Shown in pieces: positions 53,059-61,059 of a stretch of 61,059 nt of DNA (position 1 is the stretch's first letter; every line of letters begins with the position of its first letter). This stretch comes from an uncultured Bacilli bacterium (GTDB taxonomy: Bacteria; Bacillota_I; Bacilli_A; RF39; UBA660). A program made the translations under genes and the position numbers. Location of the stretch: contig CANRHC010000002.1 of NCBI GenBank assembly GCA_947630305.1, positions 1 to 61,059 of the forward strand. The letters are read 5' to 3'. The notes beneath the pieces were generated by a model. It saw only the letters and a list, made by a program, of their open reading frames with translations, was not told the DNA's origin and made no database searches.

Positions 53059-54870
53059 GTGAACAAAATGGATATAAAACAAGAAAATATTAGAAATTTT
53101 TCTATTATTGCTCATATAGATCATGGTAAAAGCACTTTAGCAGATCGTATTTTAGAAATAACTGGTTCTGTTTCTAAAAGAGAAATGAAAGAACAAATGT
53201 TAGATAGTATGGATTTAGAAAGAGAACGAGGAATTACAATTAAATTAAATGCGGTAAGTTTAAATTATGAATATAATAATGAACAATATTTATTAAATTT
53301 AATTGATACTCCAGGTCATGTCGATTTTTCTTATGAAGTAAGTCGTTCACTAGCGGCTTGTGAAGGGGCTATATTAGTAGTTGATGCAACTCAAGGAATT
53401 GAAGCTCAAACTCTTGCTAATTTATATTTAGCCCTTGATGCTGATTTAAAAATTATTCCTGTTATTAATAAAATCGATTTACCTAATGCTAATATTTTAA
53501 AAGTAAAAAATGAATTGATTAATGTTTTAGGTTTTAAAGATGAAGAAATTTTACTTTGTAGTGGTAAAACTGGTGATGGTGTAAAAGAATTAATTGAAGC
53601 TGTAATTAATAATGTTCCAGCCCCTAAAATAAATAATGATAATTGTTTGAAGGCTTTAATTTTTGATAGTTATTTTGATCCATATAAAGGGGTTGTTGGT
53701 TTAATTAAAGTTATAGAAGGTACAGTTAAGTTAAAAGATGAGATTTTATTAATGGCTAGTAATAAATCTTTTATGGTTAGTGAATTAGGAGTTCATACTC
53801 CTTTTGAAAAACAATTAGATGTGTTAAAAAGTGGTGAGGTTGGTTATTTATGTGCTTCAATTAAGGATATATCTAAAATTGAAGTAGGTGATACGATAAC
53901 TTTAAAAAATAATCCAGCTAAGGAGTGTATATCTGGTTATAAAAAAATGAAACCAATGGTATATTCTGGTATTTTCCCAATAGAACCCAATAAATATGAA
54001 GCTTTAAAAGAAGCTTTTGAAAAATTAAAATTAAATGATGCTGCTTTAACATATGAACTTGAAACAAGTGATGCCTTAGGTTTTGGTTTTCGGGTAGGTT
54101 TTTTAGGCTTATTGCATATGGATATTATCACGACTAGACTTGAAAGAGAATTTCAAATATCGGTTATTGTTACTAGTCCAAGTGTTATTTATAAAGTATT
54201 TTTAACTAATGGAGAGGAAATTGAAATTGATAGTCCAAATAAAATGCCTGAATCGGTTAAAATTAATAGTATTTATGAACCTTATATTTATACTAATATT
54301 ATCGTGCCTTCATCTTATATTGGAAGTATTATGGAATTATGTCAAGATAAAAGAGGGATATATAAAGGAATGGAATATCTTGATGAAGCTAGAGTAAATA
54401 TTCATTATGAATTACCTTTATCTGAAATTGTTTATGATTTTTTTGATAAATTAAAGAGTAAAACTAAAGGTTATGCTTCTTTTGATTATGATCTTTGTGG
54501 TTATAAAGAAAGTAAATTAGTGAAGATGAATATTTTACTTAATGGTGAGGTTGTTGATGCTTTATCAATCATTGTTCATAAAGATTTTGCTTATCAAAGA
54601 GCTTTAATAATGACTAAAAAATTAAAAGAATTAATACCTAGACAATTATTTCAAGTTCCTATTCAAGCTCAGATTGGTTCTAAAGTTATTGCTAGGGAAA
54701 ATATTATGGCAATGCGTAAAAATGTGTTAGCAAAATGTTATGGTGGAGATATTACTAGAAAAAGAAAGTTATTAGAAAAACAAAAAGAAGGCAAAAAAAA
54801 GATGAAACAAATTGGAAGTGTGGAAGTTCCTAAAGAAGCTTTTTTAGCAATTTTAAGTAGTGATGAATAG
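53059..54870 (+). CDS. lepA: translation elongation factor 4
   Basis: [32 protein letters not shown], and the LepA C-terminal domain. An alternative start is ATG 53068. Confidence 0.95.
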   Translation: MNKMDIKQENIRNFSIIAHIDHGKSTLADRILEITGSVSKREMKEQMLDSMDLERERGITIKLNAVSLNYEYNNEQYLLNLIDTPGHVDFSYEVSRSLAACEGAILVVDATQGIEAQTLANLYLALDADLKIIPVINKIDLPNANILKVKNELINVLGFKDEEILLCSGKTGDGVKELIEAVINNVPAPKINNDNCLKALIFDSYFDPYKGVVGLIKVIEGTVKLKDEILLMASNKSFMVSELGVHTPFEKQLDVLKSGEVGYLCASIKDISKIEVGDTITLKNNPAKECISGYKKMKPMVYSGIFPIEPNKYEALKEAFEKLKLNDAALTYELETSDALGFGFRVGFLGLLHMDIITTRLEREFQISVIVTSPSVIYKVFLTNGEEIEIDSPNKMPESVKINSIYEPYIYTNIIVPSSYIGSIMELCQDKRGIYKGMEYLDEARVNIHYELPLSEIVYDFFDKLKSKTKGYASFDYDLCGYKESKLVKMNILLNGEVVDALSIIVHKDFAYQRALIMTKKLKELIPRQLFQVPIQAQIGSKVIARENIMAMRKNVLAKCYGGDITRKRKLLEKQKEGKKKMKQIGSVEVPKEAFLAILSSDE

Positions 54871-54877
54871 TTTTTGA

Positions 54878-54905
54878 TTGACAATTAATTATTTTTAAGT
54901 ATAAT
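54878..54905 (+). promoter_or_regulatory. near-consensus sigma-A promoter
   Basis: TTGACA (54878-54883), 16 nt spacer, TATAAT (54900-54905). Confidence 0.55.
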
Positions 54906-54935
54906 ATTGAATGTTGCTAAAAGGGGGATTTTTAT

Positions 54936-56204
54936 ATGAAAAAAAATATTAATGAAGAAATATTTGAACTAGCAATGCAAGGATTAACTGATCGGCAAAT
55001 TGCTGATATTTTGTATTCAGATGAGGGAAGAATAAATGTTATTATTAAATCTTTGAGTGATCCACTAAATCCTAATTATAATTTAAATATGTATAATCAA
55101 ATTTTAATGGAAAAAGCTTTAAATAATAAAGCAATTGTTGATAAAGATTTGATAGATAAGGTTATACAGATGATTTTAGATGGCTATATGCCTATTGAAA
55201 TAGTTGTTTTAAATGATATAAATAAAAAGATTTTTGATCGTATTATCAAAGATATTAAAATTTATTATGATTCTAAAACATATTTAAAAATTAAAGAATG
55301 TATATCTAAATGGACTTTAGTAGATTTTGATATTATTTATAGAAGAATATTAAAATTAGAAAATAAATATCCAAATATTAAAATAGAAGATTATGGTTTT
55401 GATTTAATTCGTTATCGTTCTTGGAAAAATCACTATTATTTAATTGAAGACTTTTTATATAATGGTTTAAGTTTAGAAGCTTTATCAATAAAATATGATG
55501 TAAGTATAAATACGGTAAGAAATATTTTATTAGATAAAGATTCTTCTAATTTTATTAGTAAACATTTTGATAAAGAGGTTTGTCAAAAAGTTAGGGAATT
55601 ATATAATAGTAAGACTAATTTATATAAATTTAATGATTTAGAAAAAGAAAAAATTTTTGAAAGTGATAAATGTAAAATTGATAATATTTGTTTAAATAGT
55701 GTTTTTTGGATTTCTGTTCTTTTAACTTTTAGGATTTCAATAAATGATTTAGCAAATATGTTTCATATTACAAATTCTGATTTATTACATTCTAAATTAT
55801 TTGGTCTTGCCTCAAATTTAGGTGACAAATATGTTAATGCCCTAAATTATTTAGATGCAAATGGAAATTCCAAAAATATTCCTAAAGTTTCTAAATTTTA
55901 TAAAGAATATTTGTATGCTAAAAAATTTGATTTAAATAAAGCTAAAGAAATGATAAGAGAAATTAGTGATACTGATTATATTAATTTAATTAAATCTAAA
56001 AAAAGAATTAATCAAATGACTGAAGAAGAACATCAAATAATTGCTAAATATTGGGTAAAATATGCTTTATCTGAAAAAAAATTAACATATAAACGCGAAT
56101 CATTATTAAAGTATTGTTTTCCTTATGAAGAAGATGAGATTAAAAAAATAAAGGATTATCATACAAGTCTTTATTTAAAAAGGAAGTTTACATTTTATAA
56201 ATAA
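54936..56204 (+). CDS. hypothetical protein with several HTH-like segments
   Basis: GLTDRQIADIL, LSLEALSIKYDVSINTVRNIL and ISINDLANMFHITNSDL resemble sigma region-4 or LuxR-type HTH units. I recognise no family. Confidence 0.4.
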   Translation: MKKNINEEIFELAMQGLTDRQIADILYSDEGRINVIIKSLSDPLNPNYNLNMYNQILMEKALNNKAIVDKDLIDKVIQMILDGYMPIEIVVLNDINKKIFDRIIKDIKIYYDSKTYLKIKECISKWTLVDFDIIYRRILKLENKYPNIKIEDYGFDLIRYRSWKNHYYLIEDFLYNGLSLEALSIKYDVSINTVRNILLDKDSSNFISKHFDKEVCQKVRELYNSKTNLYKFNDLEKEKIFESDKCKIDNICLNSVFWISVLLTFRISINDLANMFHITNSDLLHSKLFGLASNLGDKYVNALNYLDANGNSKNIPKVSKFYKEYLYAKKFDLNKAKEMIREISDTDYINLIKSKKRINQMTEEEHQIIAKYWVKYALSEKKLTYKRESLLKYCFPYEEDEIKKIKDYHTSLYLKRKFTFYK

Positions 56205-56244
56205 TTATTATTTTAAAAGAAAGTTAAAATTGATATAATATTTT

Positions 56245-56541
56245 TTGAAGGATTTGTTGTTTATGAAAGTAGAATATCAAGGGATTATAAATTTTTTTAA
56301 AAATAAATATGGTAATGAAGATATAAGTAAGATAATTATGTATTATGAGAATTTAAGTTTCGATGGAATAGATTTGGAAACGGAAAAAGTTACCTCTTTA
56401 TTTAATATTATGTCTATCTTAAATACTAAATATAATGGAGAAATGCTTGATGATTTATTTGCTATTGAGTATCAACGTTATTGTGATAAGTATGGTATAA
56501 ATGTTATTAATAAAGTTATTGATGGAGGTAAAGTAAGATGA
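56245..56541 (+). CDS. hypothetical small protein
   Basis: The ORF is translationally coupled to hemW (ATGA overlap at 56538-56541). The start is probably ATG 56263. Confidence 0.35.
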   Translation: MKDLLFMKVEYQGIINFFKNKYGNEDISKIIMYYENLSFDGIDLETEKVTSLFNIMSILNTKYNGEMLDDLFAIEYQRYCDKYGINVINKVIDGGKVR

Positions 56542-57620
56542 AAGGTGTTTATATTCATATTCCATTTTGTAAAAAAATTTGTTCTTATTGTGATTTTTGT
56601 AAATTATTTTATGATTCTTCTTGGGCAAGACCATATTTAAAGAAACTTAGTAATGAAATAGATAATTATTATATGGGTGAAGATATTAGAAGTGTTTATA
56701 TTGGTGGTGGTACTCCATCAGCTTTGGCTTTAAATGAATTGGAGTATTTATTAAATTTAACTAAAAAATTTAAAAAAATGAAGAATATTGAATTTACTTT
56801 TGAATGTAATTTAGAAGATATAAATATGAATATGTTAAAATTGTTAAAGTTTTATAATGTTACAAGATTAAGTATTGGTATTGAAAGTTTTCAACCTCAT
56901 ATTAATGATGTTATGGGAAGACATCATGATTATAAGGATGCTAAAGAAAAAATTGCTTTAGCTAGAAGTTTAGGATTTACTAATATTAATTTAGATTTAA
57001 TGTATGGTTTTTATAATGAAACTTTAGATGATTTAAAAAAAGATTTGAAAATGTTTTTAAAATTAAAACCAGAACATATAAGTGCTTATAGTTTAATTAT
57101 AGAAGATCATACTTTATTAAAAGTTAATCATATTCCTTCTATTTTAGAAGAAGATGAATTATTAATGTATGAAACTTTATGTGAAATATTAGTAAGATCT
57201 GGTTATAATCATTATGAAATAAGTAATTTCGCTAAAAAAGGGTATGAATCTGTTCATAATTTAAATTATTGGGATAATGGTGAATATTATGGTTTTGGTC
57301 TTGGAGCAAGTGGTTATATTGATAAAGTAAGATATACTAATACTAAGAATTTTTATAAATATATTAATGAAGATTTTCGCTGTGAAGAAAAAATATTACC
57401 TATTAAAGAGATAATGGATAATGAAGTTATGCTAGGTTTAAGAAAGATAAAAGGTATTAATAAAAAAGAGTTTAAAGATAAATATAATGTTGAATTAGAG
57501 GATGCTTATCCAATAAAACCTTTATTAAAAAATAAAGATTTAAAACAAAAAAAAGAATATATTTTTATACCATTGGACAAACTATATGTAATGAATGAAA
57601 TTTTATTAAAGATGATATAG
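56538..57620 (+). CDS. hemW: radical SAM heme chaperone HemW (HemN-like, oxygen-independent coproporphyrinogen oxidase family)
   Basis: CKKICSYCDFC (CxxxCxxC), GGGTPS, and an HemN C-terminal domain. Confidence 0.85.
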   Translation: MKGVYIHIPFCKKICSYCDFCKLFYDSSWARPYLKKLSNEIDNYYMGEDIRSVYIGGGTPSALALNELEYLLNLTKKFKKMKNIEFTFECNLEDINMNMLKLLKFYNVTRLSIGIESFQPHINDVMGRHHDYKDAKEKIALARSLGFTNINLDLMYGFYNETLDDLKKDLKMFLKLKPEHISAYSLIIEDHTLLKVNHIPSILEEDELLMYETLCEILVRSGYNHYEISNFAKKGYESVHNLNYWDNGEYYGFGLGASGYIDKVRYTNTKNFYKYINEDFRCEEKILPIKEIMDNEVMLGLRKIKGINKKEFKDKYNVELEDAYPIKPLLKNKDLKQKKEYIFIPLDKLYVMNEILLKMI

Positions 57621-57628
57621 GAGGTCTT

Positions 57629-58069
57629 ATGAAAAAAATATTCTTTTTTCTTTTTCTTTTTTTTACAATTAATGTTCATGCTGAAACTATCAAACATTTT
57701 GAAGTTTTAAATGGAAAGTTATCTATTCCTTTTGATTCTAAAGTTAATGATTATACTGTTTATTTAGTTGATGGTGAAACTAATATTAAAGCTAATTATA
57801 ATTTAATAGATGAAAATAATGAAGTTGTTATAAAGGAAGATAATGAAAAGGCTATTTATACTGTTTTTAGTAATGGTGAGGAAATAGAACAATATAATTT
57901 TTATAAAAATATTGATGAGGAAGTTCCTGTTTTTAAAGAAGTTAATTCTAAATCTAAAACAGAGAAAATTAAAAATTTGGAAATTTATGTTTTTGGATCA
58001 TGTGCTTTAATTATTATTTTATTATTTAAAATAATTGTTTTAGGTTTTAAAAAAAAGCATAAATTTTAA
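57629..58069 (+). CDS. secreted, C-terminally anchored small protein (cadherin-like beta-sandwich pattern)
   Basis: Signal peptide ending VHA|E, the pattern FEVLNGKLSIPFDSKVNDYTVYL, and a C-terminal TM plus KKKHKF. Confidence 0.4.
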   Translation: MKKIFFFLFLFFTINVHAETIKHFEVLNGKLSIPFDSKVNDYTVYLVDGETNIKANYNLIDENNEVVIKEDNEKAIYTVFSNGEEIEQYNFYKNIDEEVPVFKEVNSKSKTEKIKNLEIYVFGSCALIIILLFKIIVLGFKKKHKF

Positions 58070-58070
58070 T

Positions 58071-58670
58071 ATGAATAATTTAATTGCTCATAGAGGTTTG
58101 AAAAAAAATAATGATAAAGAAAATACTATTCCATCATTTATTAATGCAATAAATGATGTTAATTATGTTGGATTTGAATGTGATATTTGGACAACTAGTG
58201 ATGGATATTTTGTTATTCATCATAGTCCAATTTATAAATTTAAATTAATTTCAACTTCTAAATTAAAAGAATTAGAAGGTATTCCTACATTAAAAGATTT
58301 ACTAAAATTAAAAAGTAATAAGATTTTTTTAATTGAAATTAAAGATTTAAGTATTGATTATGAAAAATTACATCAGATTTTAATTAATGAAAAAAATAAA
58401 AATATTTATATAATGAGTTTTCATAATAAAGTTATTAAAAAATTAGCCAATAAAGAAAGAAATTATAAAGTTGGTTATTTAAATTATGTTTTAAATTCGG
58501 AAAATGATTATCAAGAATATGATTTTATATGTTTATTAGAAAGTGTTTATACGAAAAATATTCATCAATTTTTTATGAAGCAAAATATAGAAGTTTTTTT
58601 ATATGGTATTCATAAAGATAGTAGTTATAATTTAAAAGATTTATATTTTATAACTGATAAGATTATTTAA
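58071..58670 (+). CDS. glycerophosphodiester phosphodiesterase family protein
   Basis: IAHRG, ENTIPSF, FECDIWTTSDGYFVIHH (E-x-D ... H-H/D pattern). Confidence 0.7.
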   Translation: MNNLIAHRGLKKNNDKENTIPSFINAINDVNYVGFECDIWTTSDGYFVIHHSPIYKFKLISTSKLKELEGIPTLKDLLKLKSNKIFLIEIKDLSIDYEKLHQILINEKNKNIYIMSFHNKVIKKLANKERNYKVGYLNYVLNSENDYQEYDFICLLESVYTKNIHQFFMKQNIEVFLYGIHKDSSYNLKDLYFITDKII

Positions 58671-58715
58671 TTTACAACTTTAAATATCCATGTTAAAATT
58701 TAGTTTATAAAGGAT

Positions 58716-59624
58716 TTGGTAAATATGTTGGAAGTTAATAATGTTACAAAATATTATGGTCATAATTTAGCTGTTGATAATTTATCTTTTAAAGTAAATG
58801 ATGGGGAAATTTTTGGTTTATTAGGAGTAAATGGAGCTGGTAAAACGACTACTTTTAGAATGATTATTGGTTTACTTGAAATGAATGAAGGAACTATAAA
58901 ATTAGATGGTAAAAATATTAATTATGATAATACTAATCAAATTGGTTTTTTAACTGAAGAAAGAAGTTTACTTACTAAATTAACGGTTAAAGAACAAGCT
59001 ATTATGTATGGTATTTTAAAAGGTATGAGAAAAAAAGATATTTTAAAAAAATTAGATTATTGGTTAGAAAGATTTCATATTAAAGAATATAAAGAAAGAA
59101 AAATTAAGGAATTATCTAAAGGTAATCAACAAAAAATTCAATTTATAACAGCTATTATTAATGATCCTAAATTACTTATTTTAGATGAACCTTTTACGGG
59201 TTTAGATCCAATTAATGTTGAAGAATTTGTTAAAGTTATGAAAGAATTTAAGGAAAAGGGAAGTATTATTATTTTTTCTTCCCATCGAATGGAACATGTT
59301 GAAATGTTTTGCGATAATTTATTAATATTAGTTAAAGGAAAAAGTGTATTACAAGGAAGTATAAAAGAAATTAAAAAAGAATATCGTAAGAAAAATATTC
59401 ATATTATTGGCAATGTTAATATAGAAGATTTACAAAAAACTAAGGGTGTTTTAGAAGTAGAGAAAAATGCTTTAGAAATAATTGTTAAAATTGCAAGTGA
59501 AGAATATATTGATAATGTTTTTGATGTTGTTAAAAATGGTTGTGATATTACTAAGTTTATGGTTGAAGATCCATCTTTAAATGAAATATTTTTAAATAAG
59601 GTTGGTGAAGTATATGAAAACTAA
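58716..59624 (+). CDS. ABC transporter ATP-binding protein
   Basis: Walker A GVNGAGKTT, signature LSKGNQQK, and Walker B LLILDEP. Confidence 0.9.
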   Translation: MVNMLEVNNVTKYYGHNLAVDNLSFKVNDGEIFGLLGVNGAGKTTTFRMIIGLLEMNEGTIKLDGKNINYDNTNQIGFLTEERSLLTKLTVKEQAIMYGILKGMRKKDILKKLDYWLERFHIKEYKERKIKELSKGNQQKIQFITAIINDPKLLILDEPFTGLDPINVEEFVKVMKEFKEKGSIIIFSSHRMEHVEMFCDNLLILVKGKSVLQGSIKEIKKEYRKKNIHIIGNVNIEDLQKTKGVLEVEKNALEIIVKIASEEYIDNVFDVVKNGCDITKFMVEDPSLNEIFLNKVGEVYEN

Positions 59625-60906
59625 ATTTAAATTTTTAATTAAACAAAGTTTAAATAAGAAAGTTAAAACGAAATGGTTTAAGATTGCTAATTTAGTAATT
59701 GCTATATTGTTAATTGGAATTTTTAATATAGATAAAATAATAAGTGTATTTGGGGGAGATTTTGATGATATAGAATATATTTATGTAATTGATAAATTAA
59801 ATGCTTATGATGAATTTGAAAATATTTTTAATAATACGGCTAAGACTTTAGATATGAAAAATTATAAGATTGAGAATACTAATGAAAGTGAAGAAGTTTT
59901 GATTAATGATTTAAAAGATGATAATAAAATTATTTTAGTTATTTCTTATGATGATGTAAATTATTTAAATAGTAAGGTTATTAGCTATAATGAAGTTTCA
60001 AGTATTACTTCCCAGTTATTAACAACAACTCTTACAACTTTAAAATCAAGTATAGTTGCTAAAGAAAATAATTTTAGTGAAGAACAATTATATGCTTTAA
60101 GTAGTCCAGCTAATATTGATGTTCAACTAATAAATCCTTCTGCTAGTAATAAAGATATGTTATCAGTAGGTGTTATTATGATTATTATAGTGCCATGTTT
60201 TTTATTGATAACTTTGTTAGTCCAAATGATTGGGGCAGAAGTAAATGATGAAAAAACGACGAGAAGTATGGAAATAATTATATCTAATGTATCTCCTAAG
60301 GTTCATTTTTCTTCTAAGATAGTTGCTTCGGTTTCTTTTGTACTTATTCAAGGTAGTTTAATATTATTGTATGTTTTAATTGCATATATTATTAGAATAT
60401 TAATGGGTGGTTCTAGAATTTTAATAGATAATAGTGAAATAAGTAATTTATTTATTTCTATTAAAAATATGGGAATATTAAATACTTTAATGAAAGGTTT
60501 ACCAATTATCCTTATTTTATTTATTTTTTCCTTTTTATCTTATGCTATAGTTTCAGGTGTCCTAGCGTCAATGACTACTAGTACCGAGGATTTTCAACAA
60601 TTACAAACTCCTTTAATGATTATATTGGTTCTTGGTTATTATTTATCTTTAATGGCTTCAACATTTGAAGGTTCCTTATTTATTAAAATAGTTTCATATG
60701 TTCCGATGTTATCATTTTTAATATCACCAACTTTGTATCTTTTAGGTCAAGTTTCATTAATAGAATTATTTATAACTACAATTATTTCAGGAGTATTTAC
60801 TATAGTTATTTTTAAATATGGATTAAGGATATATAAAGTTGGAATATTAAATTATTCTTCTGAGAATCTTTGGAAAAAAATATTTAAATCGATTAAAGAA
60901 AAGTAA
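59602..60906 (+). CDS. ABC-2 family permease (NatB/YhaP-like)
   Basis: N-terminal TM, a large external loop, then 5-6 C-terminal TM helices. Translationally coupled to the ATPase gene. Confidence 0.7.
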   Translation: MVKYMKTKFKFLIKQSLNKKVKTKWFKIANLVIAILLIGIFNIDKIISVFGGDFDDIEYIYVIDKLNAYDEFENIFNNTAKTLDMKNYKIENTNESEEVLINDLKDDNKIILVISYDDVNYLNSKVISYNEVSSITSQLLTTTLTTLKSSIVAKENNFSEEQLYALSSPANIDVQLINPSASNKDMLSVGVIMIIIVPCFLLITLLVQMIGAEVNDEKTTRSMEIIISNVSPKVHFSSKIVASVSFVLIQGSLILLYVLIAYIIRILMGGSRILIDNSEISNLFISIKNMGILNTLMKGLPIILILFIFSFLSYAIVSGVLASMTTSTEDFQQLQTPLMIILVLGYYLSLMASTFEGSLFIKIVSYVPMLSFLISPTLYLLGQVSLIELFITTIISGVFTIVIFKYGLRIYKVGILNYSSENLWKKIFKSIKEK

Positions 60907-61010
60907 AATTTTTACAAAAAATGTAAAAATTTTTCTTTAAATAAAAAAACAAACTTGATAAACATATTAATCTATTATATACTCTCACGTTTGACAGTTT
61001 TAAAAAGGCA

Positions 61011-61054
61011 AAAACTCTCAATGTCCCTATTTATGAGGGGTTGAGAGTTTTTTA
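61011..61054 (+). terminator. strong intrinsic terminator hairpin at the window edge
   Basis: AAAACTCTCAA (61011-61021) pairs with TTGAGAGTTTT (61041-51). There is an inner CCCT/AGGG stem and a T run. Confidence 0.55.
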
Positions 61055-61059
61055 AGTGA

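Noticed and set aside
57641-57670. Long pyrimidine run (TTCTTTTTTCTTTTTCTTTTTTTT) considered as a slippery phase-variation tract.
   Set aside because: It is interrupted by C residues and simply encodes the Phe/Leu core (FFFLFLFF) of a signal peptide. No alternative frame gives a better protein.
8891-57697. Other short ORFs in the track: 8891..9118(-), 12411..12620(-), 12587..12781(-), 23160..23345(-), 26424..26627(-), 36897..37148(+), 37776..37976(-), 38289..38480(-), 40599..40781(-), 44558..44749(+), 46435..46815(-), 48380..48643(-), 53937..54131(-), 54209..54397(+), 57506..57697(-).
   Set aside because: Each lies entirely within or antisense to a longer ORF with recognisable motifs. All are Leu/Ile/Phe/Lys-rich low-complexity sequences and lack a Shine-Dalgarno sequence.

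Overview
This is a very AT-rich chromosomal segment from a spore-forming, low-GC Bacillota genome. The conserved gene orders dnaD-nth and gpr-spoIIP-yqxA-lepA-(hemW) look Bacilli-, Erysipelotrichia- or Clostridia-like. No rRNA, CRISPR array, prophage or intact transposase is visible. Layout, left to right: (1) 0.1-3.7 kb holds a 3-hydroxyacyl-CoA dehydrogenase, a thiolase-like protein and a membrane acyltransferase. (2) 4.1-24.5 kb holds a ~20 kb Wzx/Wzy-type surface-polysaccharide locus. It contains a CapD-type dehydratase, an initiating phosphoglycosyl transferase fused to a GT4, two more GT4s, a Wzy-like polymerase, a deacetylase-like protein, an ATP-grasp ligase, Wzx, a hexapeptide acetyltransferase interrupted at a G9 tract, a UDP-GlcA epimerase and Ugd. 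Embedded in it is a carrier-protein-dependent, Dlt-like O-acylation module: SGNH/DltD-like, MBOAT, VOC, AcpS, FkbH-like loader and ACP. (3) 24.5-29.5 kb is an accessory junction. It holds a small hydrophobic toxin-like ORF, an Rpn-type transposase remnant, a SpoIIAA-like STAS protein plus a SigF-like sigma factor with no kinase, an XRE(C)-REase-MTase restriction-modification unit, and tRNA-Arg(CCU). (4) 29.6-32.1 kb holds two membrane proteins cotranscribed with tyrS. (5) 32.2-37.4 kb is my top candidate for an undescribed system. It is a five-gene locus with a SipW-type signal peptidase fused to an 8-TM domain, a bitopic membrane protein, two small paralogous secreted subunits and a 600-aa adhesin-like subunit, all three sharing one N-terminal signal/strand motif. 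I interpret it as a TasA-like, sortase-independent surface fibre. (6) 37.4-61 kb is housekeeping and sporulation: cca, dnaD, nth, ttcA-like, a DUF4143 ATPase preceded by 33-bp tandem repeats, a gerA-type germinant receptor operon, an rRNA methyltransferase, a U32 pair, rpmG (missing from the ORF track), efp, gpr, spoIIP, yqxA-like, lepA, two unknown inserted genes, hemW, GDPD and an ABC-2 transporter. All functional calls rest on motifs I recognise in the translated ORFs; no database search was run.
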